Source: Alteromonas naphthalenivorans (GTDB taxonomy: Bacteria > Babelota > Babeliae > Babelales > CAIQNR01). From it: a DNA stretch of 21,186 bases. A program made the position numbers and the translations under genes. The DNA lies in NCBI GenBank assembly GCA_047631715.1, contig JBLICC010000013.1, forward strand, positions 1 through 21,186. Reading direction: 5' to 3'. How positions within the stretch are numbered: position 1 is the stretch's first letter; every line of letters begins with the position of its first letter. Under the pieces are notes generated by a model. The model made no database searches. It saw only the letters and a program-made list of their open reading frames with translations, and was not told the DNA's origin. Of the stretch, positions 9,801 to 17,634 are shown in pieces.

Positions 9801-10473
9801 CGAGTAAGGAACTTTTTTCTCGTGCATACTGATCAGAAGGCAATACCTCGTTTCCAAACTCACCTTGCTCTTTAAGTTTTTCTTTATAAGCTTTTTCGGT
9901 TGTCTCAAGTTGACGCTTGGCATTATCTAAATCAAGATTAACCTCGCTTCTCTCTCCATCGATATGAGAGATTTTGTCTTCTTGATTGGCAATTTTTCTA
10001 TTTAAAGTTTGTAACTCTTCAAAAGTATAGAGAGCTTTTTTCTCGTCATGCTCTACATTTTTATCTTCTTCTAAATTAGTTAAAAGAGTAATGCGAGACT
10101 TTAAATTACCTATCCATGCTTTTTTACTAGATCGAATACTAGCTAGTATTTGAGCTGTACTTTTAAGAGTAAAAAGCTGTTTATTAAAATAGGTATCATC
10201 CGTAGCAACACTTAATTGCTCATCAACATGTTTTATCTTTTTCCGAATGCTATCTATCTTTTGCTGTATATCATCTTCAAATGTTTTAGACTCAATCTCA
10301 ACAGAATCAACTTCTTTTCTTAATTGCTTTAACTCTCTTTCAGTTTTATCTTCTCCCGTAATAAGATCGAGAGAACCTTCTTTTTTTAATCCAAAAGAAC
10401 TGAGTAAATCCGCTCTAAGAGAAGTTCCAATTAATAATAATAAAGAAAGAGATATGACTTTTTTTACATTCAT
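6826..10473 (-). CDS. Large MscS-family mechanosensitive channel (MscK/MscM-like)
   Basis: Signal peptide, about 500 aa coiled-coil-like region, many TM helices, and a C-terminal MscS core (GMGFALRE.FNDF...QRPLKIGDYI...G.VRKI..R...VVPNS). Confidence 0.9.
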   Translation of the reverse strand: MNVKKVISLSLLLLIGTSLRADLLSSFGLKKEGSLDLITGEDKTERELKQLRKEVDSVEIESKTFEDDIQQKIDSIRKKIKHVDEQLSVATDDTYFNKQLFTLKSTAQILASIRSSKKAWIGNLKSRITLLTNLEEDKNVEHDEKKALYTFEELQTLNRKIANQEDKISHIDGERSEVNLDLDNAKRQLETTEKAYKEKLKEQGEFGNEVLPSDQYAREKSSLLDFEVKMAQYQKELADIQVKEKSAKLALVEEKESVEQKNLNASRAQKDFIVRMSLRVDKKDIAVITDKIKVQKREYLNKTDKYLHEIEKLSTAEEKLKKELLELEVKYPDKEYGITNLNEWITVPSSASSFLALAERGLKNDEVRLIEVKIDFNKSQNVLEKVLFQEHENALRIVESWYKIKHQHFKSSDQLSTEISGYQASVAEMLRERSIYEDKRVSATNRLSLQNKALTNVKNHQATLKQKRNQLFKGEESKFNKSDLYLSRAQTIVSKQVEYTGRLIEAYSKILVSVGGEIKEVKSMVAELQRVSLWHRSGGAISKEGLGNIIPDVSSFFVDVRTLGASYLSGFKLYIMSRKLLMLLQNPLSLIILLWKLFLIFLFFFLLQRYLPTLSRFFIDVGSEYRGAFVFSRILALCIEFISKHLITLYIWFFLFFSIGVSAVTEIYPAVVFFLVSIPYLLYISNRFIHFIIQFNKDHESELFPEHFVARLSIVGSIFLYTSISILFFREAFILATYTKSELPSVLLALYSIIVRILLLSLIRKEDLLSVIPSRSDIGGFFWRLVDQYYHTLLIVIITVMILSDPHIGGYDNLVAYFFWGLFGTLLVGRLLMLSYGFCRRISSYIFFSSDGETLNQRFESSKTLYGLTVVFLFIFFSLFGIWCIAWFWGNSIPLNSVGSFFSEKRYAIGVLDGKYHSVSVFDLIRTFLFIPFAFMVGHLVDRFILDRIFSVLLVDPGVHNAVSTILYYLVVILVITIGLVHEGFGFLVMYYMLPLLVGMGFALREVFNDFIAYFVLLVQRPLKIGDYIKISDEVSGVVRKITPRAVILRRKRSFHLVVPNSKLMQEVIMNWDYTSGFITFPDIIVGIRYAADPVKTKEVLMQAVMNVNNVLKTPPPIIRLEEFGPSGYIFMVRGYVSSEMTLQQWIIASDVRLSIVKYLHDNHIEIAFPVRVIRMMGESKNHQYLDPSGRPVPGEKASTEDDEQNLPGEEFPEV

Positions 10474-11063
10474 GATTCATCACTTTTCAATAATGTGGGT
10501 ATTGCTCTAAACCACTGTCTTTGAGGATGCGTTTGCATACACCAGAAAATCCATTTATCCAACAGATCCTCATTGGCTAACTGTAAGTCTGCACGGACAA
10601 GGTTGTCAATAGGAGTTTTAAGAAACAGCTCAACACAATGCTCTACCTGACTATCATTAGGATAGACCCCAAGATGAGAGAAAAGCTTACCTATAACTCT
10701 TTTTTTATGAAGATCGATACTAAAATGTGCATAATTATCAAATAATTGAAGGAAAAAATTAAATGTTTCTTTGCACCCGCCACCTTGAGGAACAAAGTAA
10801 AAACAAATTTCTAAAAGATAATGCAAAAAATAAATATCATGGCGCCCCCACTCAAGCGGAGTATGCTCAATAACAACATCTTGCAAAAGCATGTTTTGAT
10901 ATTTGTCTCTAATAATATAGTACGTGATCACTGATCCCTTTTGAACCCGCGATTGCGCAAAAAGAGAGGTGTAGAAAATTGCATCCACACGGCCTTGGTG
11001 CTCTTCTAAAACAGAAATATTTCTGCCTTTATACATTAATACAATGCCCGTGCGTCGTTGCAA
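10470..11063 (-). CDS. recO: DNA repair protein RecO-like (divergent)
   Basis: N-terminal GIVL...ISVL...GRVDAI OB-fold pattern and later HYLLEI helix resemble RecO. TTG start after a G-rich RBS. The stop overlaps the channel start (ATGA). Confidence 0.6.
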   Translation of the reverse strand: MQRRTGIVLMYKGRNISVLEEHQGRVDAIFYTSLFAQSRVQKGSVITYYIIRDKYQNMLLQDVVIEHTPLEWGRHDIYFLHYLLEICFYFVPQGGGCKETFNFFLQLFDNYAHFSIDLHKKRVIGKLFSHLGVYPNDSQVEHCVELFLKTPIDNLVRADLQLANEDLLDKWIFWCMQTHPQRQWFRAIPTLLKSDES

Positions 11064-11089
11064 CTCTCTCCCCCCTTCTTAATTAAATC

Positions 11090-13180
11090 TTATAGACCTA
11101 TTTTTTTAAAAAATGCATCAGAATTTGGTTCTCTACCAAGATAGTCACGCAACATAGCATCAGGGTCTTTGCTGCCACCACGGCCAAGAATTTCTTCTAC
11201 ATACCGTTTGCCCGCTTTGGGATTTAACAAGCCCTCTTTTTCTACTTGAGCAAATACGTCGTCGGCAAATACTCGTGACCACATATAGCCATAATATTTT
11301 GCACCATAACCAGATAAATGCCCAAAGCTACATATAGAATGCGTGTCTGTATCATACACACCATGTGGAGAAAATTCCTGTGAATGCTTTTTAAAAATAG
11401 CTTCTGGATCTTTATCTTCATCTTGCCCAAAACAATCTAATGATATTAAACCAAAACCCATCTGCTGAGCATTACGCATTCCTTGGCCAAACTTTATTTG
11501 AGCAAGTTTCTTATCTATTAACTCATCCGGCATTGGAATACTTGTTTTATAGTGATGCGTAAGCCCTTGTAGAATTTCTTTATTTTCCATCCAGTTTTCT
11601 AGCAACTGAGAAGGCAACTCTACAAAATCTGTTTTAACCGATGTTCCCGATTGTGCTGCTAACTTTGTTGTACCCAAAACACCATGAATCGCATGCCCAA
11701 ATTCATGAAAGAATGTATTAACCTCATCAAACTTAAGTAATGAAGGTTTATCTGCTGTTGGTTTAGTAAAGTTACAAACAACTGTTGTTACCGTTGGATA
11801 AATAGCACCATCTCGTTCTACAGTAGTTACACCAGGGAACATTGCCGCATGACCATATTTATTTGGTCGAGGAAACATATCCAAAAATACATAGCCACGA
11901 ACAGGGCCATTCTTGTCACTAATCTTTGCTAATCGCACATCTGGATGCCATGATTGTGGCGAATCAATTGTCTCGATGTTAAGATCAAAAAACTTTTCAT
12001 AAATATCAAGAAGCCCGCGAACCGTTTGCTCCATAGGAAAGTATTCAGCTATTTTTTGTTCATCAACATCATAATATTTTTTCTTAAAGTACGTACTAAC
12101 ATATCCACCATTCCAACTTTCTAGTTTGCCAGCTTTAGTTAAAGAAACACCTTCTGGAAGATCTTTAGTAAACTCTTTAAATTCTTGGTCAGACTTTTTA
12201 AGAAGTTTATCTTTCATATCAAGTTGAAATTTACGTGCACGCTCTGGTGTTTTAACCATTTGAGAATCTAAATCTAAATGTGCATAACTTTTAAAATCAA
12301 GTGCTTTTGCAAGCTCATGCCGCGTATCCATAAGATCTTTAAGCACAGTACTATTTGATGGATATGCTTTATTTTTAAATGCTTTGCTAAATCGTTTACG
12401 CGTATCTTCTACCTTGCAATAAGACAAAATCATATTTGCAGTTGGATAGTCAGTAACCAAAATATACTCACCCGCATCATTCTTTTTAAGCGCTCCAACA
12501 AAATCATCCGAAACACCTGTCAACTGCTGTTTAGTTGCGGTAATAGAACTAGCGTCGTTATTAATATTTTGAGAAAACTGTTGCGAAATTTTTTGTAATT
12601 TTTTATTAAGTTCTACAATTTTTACACGTTTATCTTCTGGCAGCTCAAGACCAGAACGTTTAAAATCACCTATCAATTCATCAAGAGCCAAGTGCTCTTC
12701 TGGTGAAAATTCTTCTTGTGTTGCATTACCGTGATCATAGCCTTTAAACGCTTCATACAAAGAAATGTTATTACTTAAATGCTCAAGTAAAAAACCTTTT
12801 ATCGCTAAATCCTGCTTTGCTGCTTCATCTCGCATTGCTTTGTCTGGATGTACAGACATTATCAATTCAAAAATTCCAAGATCGGGACCAAAATAAGCAT
12901 AGGCATTATCAAGTGCTTCTAGCATATTTTTTTTATTTTGCTTATTATGCGGCACTGCAATAATTGCATCTATAATTTTTTTAGACTGATCCTGTGTAAA
13001 CTTTGCACGCTCTTGTATTGCTGTTATAGAATTGGGATATACGGTATATACATCTTCTAAAGTTTTAATGTATACATGTCCTTGTCTGTCTCGTGGCATC
13101 ATAACGTTTCTTTCGCTTTTAATAAAAAAAGTAAGCGCACACAGTGTGAGAGTGCCTACTACCAATATTGTTTTTTTCAT
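11090..13180 (-). CDS. M3A zinc oligopeptidase (thimet oligopeptidase/neurolysin-like) with N-terminal hydrophobic leader
   Basis: TFFHEFGHAIH (HEXXH), DFVELPSQLLENW, FGHL.GYGAKYYGYMWS and LDMFPRPNKYGHAA. Confidence 0.93.
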   Translation of the reverse strand: MKKTILVVGTLTLCALTFFIKSERNVMMPRDRQGHVYIKTLEDVYTVYPNSITAIQERAKFTQDQSKKIIDAIIAVPHNKQNKKNMLEALDNAYAYFGPDLGIFELIMSVHPDKAMRDEAAKQDLAIKGFLLEHLSNNISLYEAFKGYDHGNATQEEFSPEEHLALDELIGDFKRSGLELPEDKRVKIVELNKKLQKISQQFSQNINNDASSITATKQQLTGVSDDFVGALKKNDAGEYILVTDYPTANMILSYCKVEDTRKRFSKAFKNKAYPSNSTVLKDLMDTRHELAKALDFKSYAHLDLDSQMVKTPERARKFQLDMKDKLLKKSDQEFKEFTKDLPEGVSLTKAGKLESWNGGYVSTYFKKKYYDVDEQKIAEYFPMEQTVRGLLDIYEKFFDLNIETIDSPQSWHPDVRLAKISDKNGPVRGYVFLDMFPRPNKYGHAAMFPGVTTVERDGAIYPTVTTVVCNFTKPTADKPSLLKFDEVNTFFHEFGHAIHGVLGTTKLAAQSGTSVKTDFVELPSQLLENWMENKEILQGLTHHYKTSIPMPDELIDKKLAQIKFGQGMRNAQQMGFGLISLDCFGQDEDKDPEAIFKKHSQEFSPHGVYDTDTHSICSFGHLSGYGAKYYGYMWSRVFADDVFAQVEKEGLLNPKAGKRYVEEILGRGGSKDPDAMLRDYLGREPNSDAFFKKIGL

Positions 13181-13189
13181 ACTTGCTCC

Positions 13190-15142
13190 TTAATCCTTTT
13201 GTAACTCCATCCATTGCTCTCGTAATTCAATAGCTTTTTCAAAATCCATCTCTTCTGCCGCTTTATGCATCTGATACTCAAATTGAGCTAATTGCTTTTG
13301 TAGATCTTCTTTCGATGCCTTACGCTTACCTTTTTTGTATGCATTCGATGCTTTTTTGATATCTTCTTGTAGTTTAGAAATACTTTTGGTCACCTCGCGC
13401 TGCACACTCTCTGGTGTTATACCATGCTTCTTATTATATTCCTGTTGCATAATACGTCGACGATCAGTTTCATCAATCGCGTTTTTCATAGAGCCTGTCA
13501 TTTTATCTGCATACATAATAACTTTTGCATCAACATTACGAGCAGCTCGCCCAATAGTTTGAATCAATGAACGTTTGTCTCGTAAAAAACTTTCTATATC
13601 TGCATCCATAATAGCAACAAGAGCAACTTCTGGAAGATCTAAACCTTCTCGCAATAAGTTAACCCCAACCAAACAATCGAACACACCCATACGCAATTTC
13701 TGTAATAACTCAGTACGTTGCGGTGTTTTTATATCACTATGCAAATAACAAACTTTTAATTTTTTTTCTTCTAAGTAACGTGCCAAATCTTCTGCCAATT
13801 TTTTAGTAAGCACAGTAACCAATGTTCTTTGGTTCTTATCTATTTTTTGTTTAATCTGATCAACTAAATGATCCATCTGACCTATTCTACCCACTACTTC
13901 TATAATTGGATCTACCAAACCAGTTGGCCGAATAACTTGCTCAACAATTGCACTTGAATGCTCTAACTCATAGGGACCCGGCGTAGCAGACACAAAAACT
14001 GCATCTTTAAGAAATTTTTCTGTTTCTTCAAACTGCAAAGGCCTGTTGTCGAGAGCTGATGGCAATCTAAATCCAAAATCAATCAATGATCTTTTGCGCG
14101 ATCTGTCTCCAGCATACATGCCACGCATTTGCGGCAATGCAATATGAGATTCATCAATAATACATAAAAAATCTTTGGGAAAGAAATCAAACAAACAAAA
14201 CGGTTGTTCACCGCTTTTACGTCCATCAAAATGAGAGGAATAATTTTCGATCCCACTACAATACCCTACTTGATCTATCATTTCTAAATCACGCGCAGTG
14301 CGTTGAGCCAGTCGCTGACGATACAATTCATTTTTTACCGTTGGCAAATACTCTTTAAGTTCTTTCTTGATACTCGTAATAGCCGAACGCTTTTTTGCCT
14401 CAGTTGTTACAAAATGCTTAGCAGGAAGAATTAATATATCTTCTAACTTCGCTAACACACGATTATTATCTCGGGTTACCCATTGTAAACCTTCGATTGT
14501 GTCCCCAAATAACTCAATACGTAATTTATCTTTTATATATGGTAAATTTACTTCAACCGTATTGCCACGAACCTGAAAAGTACCGGAGCCTTTTTCGAAA
14601 TCATCACGTTTATATTGAATAAAAATTAATTGCCGCAATAGATCTTTTCGCTTAAATGTATCGCCTACTTTTAGCGCAAGAGCTAACTCTCGATAATCGG
14701 TAGGATTGCCTAATGCATAAATAGTAGAAACCGAAGCTATAACAATAGTGTCTTTTCGATTAACCAAAGAGGCAGTTGTCTCCACCCGTAACCGTTCGAT
14801 CTCAGTATTAATCTTGGTTTCTTTGGCAATATAAATATCTTGTGCAGGCAAATATGATTCTGGTTGATAGTAATCATAATAACTTACAAAATAACATACT
14901 TTATTTTCTGGGAAAAAAAGCGAAAACTCTTCGTAAAGCTGAGCCGCTAATGTTTTATTAGGAGACAAAACAAGTACAGGCTTATCTTGCTGAGCAATAA
15001 TATTGGCCATCGTAAACGTTTTACCAGAACCAGTAACACCCATTAACGTAGATTTGCCTGGACGATCTTTGAGCAATTCTTTAATCGCCTTTGGCTGACT
15101 ACCCTTAGGCTTAAAAGGAGATTTTAGTTTAAAGAGAGCCAT
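13190..15142 (-). CDS. uvrB: Excinuclease ABC subunit UvrB
   Basis: GVTGSGKT, NKTLAAQLY, FVSYYDYYQPE, DESH, GFRLPSALDNRPL, NLLREGLDLPEV, QTIGRAARN and a C-terminal UVR domain. Confidence 0.98.
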   Translation of the reverse strand: MALFKLKSPFKPKGSQPKAIKELLKDRPGKSTLMGVTGSGKTFTMANIIAQQDKPVLVLSPNKTLAAQLYEEFSLFFPENKVCYFVSYYDYYQPESYLPAQDIYIAKETKINTEIERLRVETTASLVNRKDTIVIASVSTIYALGNPTDYRELALALKVGDTFKRKDLLRQLIFIQYKRDDFEKGSGTFQVRGNTVEVNLPYIKDKLRIELFGDTIEGLQWVTRDNNRVLAKLEDILILPAKHFVTTEAKKRSAITSIKKELKEYLPTVKNELYRQRLAQRTARDLEMIDQVGYCSGIENYSSHFDGRKSGEQPFCLFDFFPKDFLCIIDESHIALPQMRGMYAGDRSRKRSLIDFGFRLPSALDNRPLQFEETEKFLKDAVFVSATPGPYELEHSSAIVEQVIRPTGLVDPIIEVVGRIGQMDHLVDQIKQKIDKNQRTLVTVLTKKLAEDLARYLEEKKLKVCYLHSDIKTPQRTELLQKLRMGVFDCLVGVNLLREGLDLPEVALVAIMDADIESFLRDKRSLIQTIGRAARNVDAKVIMYADKMTGSMKNAIDETDRRRIMQQEYNKKHGITPESVQREVTKSISKLQEDIKKASNAYKKGKRKASKEDLQKQLAQFEYQMHKAAEEMDFEKAIELREQWMELQKD

Positions 15143-15253
15143 CGTTATCCCTCACACAAGTATTATTCTTAATTTTAGCTAGTTTACCATTTTCAGCATT
15201 AACCAACAATGATGACTATTCTCAAAAACAATTAAACTTTTTTCAAGAAACCT

Positions 15254-15290
15254 TTAAGCTCAATATTACCTCCTTAAGCACAATATACCT
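15254..15290. repeat. Imperfect tandem direct repeat in a divergent promoter region
   Basis: TTAAGCTCAATATTACCT (15254-15271) and TTAAGCACAATAT-ACCT (15274-15290), 20 bp apart. Confidence 0.55.
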
Positions 15291-15356
15291 TAAAACCCTT
15301 ATAATCTATCTCTGCCTTATGATACGATTTAAAGAGTATATAATTAATAGGAGGTT

Positions 15357-16118
15357 ATGATGAAAAAGTTATTCGTTCTTATATTGTTAGGCTTATCAAG
15401 TTTATTCATTCAAGCATCAGATTCAGATAATGAATTTGAAATGGTCATTACACCAGACTCTATACCTGATCCTGATGAATTCGAAAACATTAATCTTAAT
15501 CCAGCTTCACAAAGAGAGTTTCTTGGTTTAAATAATGTATTAGAAAAGCCCAAAGTGTTTTCTCACAAAATAATACGACAGCATCAACTTACAATGCTTA
15601 AACTTGCTCATAATCCTGATCATTCTTATCTTCTTGATTATGTAAAAAATGCTTTTACGGCAGTTGATGAAGATTTTTGGCAAATGTTTACTCCCGATGA
15701 TTCTTCTTCTAAACACAAACAATGGAAAAATCTTACTTTTGAAAAAGCTCAAAGAATATCACAACCATTTTATGTAGCCCTTAAAGAAAACTTTAATGAA
15801 GATGATAAAAAAAGAGTTCGAGATCTTATTAAAGAATCGATGGGAAAAGATACATCTCGCTCAGCAATGCTCATGCCTCTTGTTATAAAACTCAATCAAG
15901 AAAATCCTGATGCTATTAAAAACTTTGCATCAACACTTAAAAAATGGACTTCTGATAGAGTTTCATTTGATTTAATGCATAATTATTACTCTCGTCAAAT
16001 AGATCAGTTTAGAGGACGCCTAGAGAAAGAACATATTACTCCTATTGTTAAGCCTCTCTTTGAAACCGATTTAGAACTACCAACAATTGAGGCGGCTTTG
16101 TTGCAATATAAAAAATAA
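15357..16118 (+). CDS. Secreted hypothetical protein with acidic N-terminus carrying two LIR-like motifs
   Basis: AGGAGG RBS, signal MMKKLFVLILLGLSSLFIQA, then SDSDNE-FEMV and DPDE-FENI. The remainder looks helical. Confidence 0.8.
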   Translation: MMKKLFVLILLGLSSLFIQASDSDNEFEMVITPDSIPDPDEFENINLNPASQREFLGLNNVLEKPKVFSHKIIRQHQLTMLKLAHNPDHSYLLDYVKNAFTAVDEDFWQMFTPDDSSSKHKQWKNLTFEKAQRISQPFYVALKENFNEDDKKRVRDLIKESMGKDTSRSAMLMPLVIKLNQENPDAIKNFASTLKKWTSDRVSFDLMHNYYSRQIDQFRGRLEKEHITPIVKPLFETDLELPTIEAALLQYKK

Positions 16119-16218
16119 CCGTTAATAATAAAAATATTTTTTAGATTTTTCTTTTTTTTTAAAATAATAACCCTGTATACTACGGTTTTTATCCTATGAC
16201 TTCTATAGGGAAAACTAT

Positions 16219-16809
16219 ATGAAAAATACGTTTTTATTTTTACTACTTATGCTGGTCTTTAAAATACAAAGCTCCAATATAGATCAAATACCCGATTATT
16301 GGTCTAATCACATTCCAATAGATTACTCACAACACTATTTTTGTAATCCTAATACTCTCTATCAAAACAACACAGATCTTGAATTATTAGAAAAACATAT
16401 GCAACAAAAAAGAAGATTAGATTTTGAACAAGAACAAAAAAAAACAACTATTACTCCCTCTCCAATTCAAACAGAAGCCACCTCTCCTCATACTCATCAA
16501 ATACAAACCCAAACGGTATTATCAAATATTCCTCAACTAGCAACCATTATGAAAAAAATTAGGGCACAAGGCATAGAAAAAATGGTATGTCCTTTTTCTG
16601 ACTGTAAAAAACATTGCAAAACAGGAAAAAACTTATTTACACATTTAGAAACAAATCACTCAGTTAATTTTAAAGAAGAAAGCCAACTGAGTAATATTTC
16701 TAAAAAAATATATATATGCTTAAAATGCTCTTGGGCAACTCCACATAGAAATACCTTATCTACTCATAACACAAAACATTTTCTCGAAATCCCTAAAAAA
16801 AATCAATAA
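16219..16809 (+). CDS. Secreted C2H2 zinc-finger protein (2 fingers)
   Basis: Signal peptide, C-x4-C-x12-H-x4-H (CPFSDC...HLETNH) and C-x2-C-x12-H-x3-H (CLKC...HNTKH). Confidence 0.82.
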   Translation: MKNTFLFLLLMLVFKIQSSNIDQIPDYWSNHIPIDYSQHYFCNPNTLYQNNTDLELLEKHMQQKRRLDFEQEQKKTTITPSPIQTEATSPHTHQIQTQTVLSNIPQLATIMKKIRAQGIEKMVCPFSDCKKHCKTGKNLFTHLETNHSVNFKEESQLSNISKKIYICLKCSWATPHRNTLSTHNTKHFLEIPKKNQ

Positions 16810-16827
16810 CTTTAATGCAAAGAAATC

Positions 16828-17634
16828 ATGAAAAAACAATATTTCATACTACTAATCACCCTCCTGCTTACTACTTCTAATAAAGCTTCAAATTATACCG
16901 ATCCAGATGTATTTACGTTTTTTAATAAAATAGATACTGAACTTACAGAAAAAAATGAACAGATTTGCGTATTAGCCTTAGCTGACTGGAAAGCACAAGA
17001 AGAATTTTCTAAGAAAGCAGCACAACCAAAAGATCTTTCACTCATAGCATTAGCAGATATTTGCCCCTGGAGCCCCTCTAGATTAGTAAAGAAAATTTTA
17101 AACCATGATAGAACACATAGCCAATGCGTAGAACTTGATGGACAAGAAATAATACCTAAAGCTTTACGCCGACCTCATCCTGATCGTAATATACATTTTC
17201 TTGGATGGGATACATTTCCACCTTCACAATCTCAATTCCTAGAAAATCCTGCAACTTCACCTACAATCAATAACAATACCTTTAAAATAGCTAAGGCAAC
17301 TAAAAAAAGAATCCATCTTAAGCAAAATGCTGGTTTATATTACTGTCAAGAAGAACTTAGAATCTGTAACTACAAAACATCGATCTATAAAAATCTTGCA
17401 GCACACTGCACTGAAGTACATAAATCAAAAAAAATGCCCAACCCCATAAAATGCTTAAAATGCTGTCGGCGCGTTAGTTATTTTTCTCTTCATCCAGACC
17501 AATGTTTAGCAATTGACCCAACGAGCAGAGAGCGAGACAGAAAGGATAATAACCATAAAAAAGAAAAAATAAAAATAGGAAACCTTGCACACGTAGCCGT
17601 ACTAGCAACACTCACACAGAAAGAAACTTTATGA
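16828..17634 (+). CDS. Secreted zinc-finger protein (C2H2-like plus C2HC-like)
   Basis: Signal peptide (..TSNKA), C-x6-C-x12-H-x4-H (CQEELRIC...HCTEVH), C-x2-C-x9-H-x3-C, and a basic tail. Confidence 0.72.
   Translation: MKKQYFILLITLLLTTSNKASNYTDPDVFTFFNKIDTELTEKNEQICVLALADWKAQEEFSKKAAQPKDLSLIALADICPWSPSRLVKKILNHDRTHSQCVELDGQEIIPKALRRPHPDRNIHFLGWDTFPPSQSQFLENPATSPTINNNTFKIAKATKKRIHLKQNAGLYYCQEELRICNYKTSIYKNLAAHCTEVHKSKKMPNPIKCLKCCRRVSYFSLHPDQCLAIDPTSRERDRKDNNHKKEKIKIGNLAHVAVLATLTQKETL

Noticed and set aside
15143..15250. Possible SOS (LexA) box upstream of uvrB
   Set aside because: No CTGT-N8-ACAG or GAAC-N4-GTTC match was seen.
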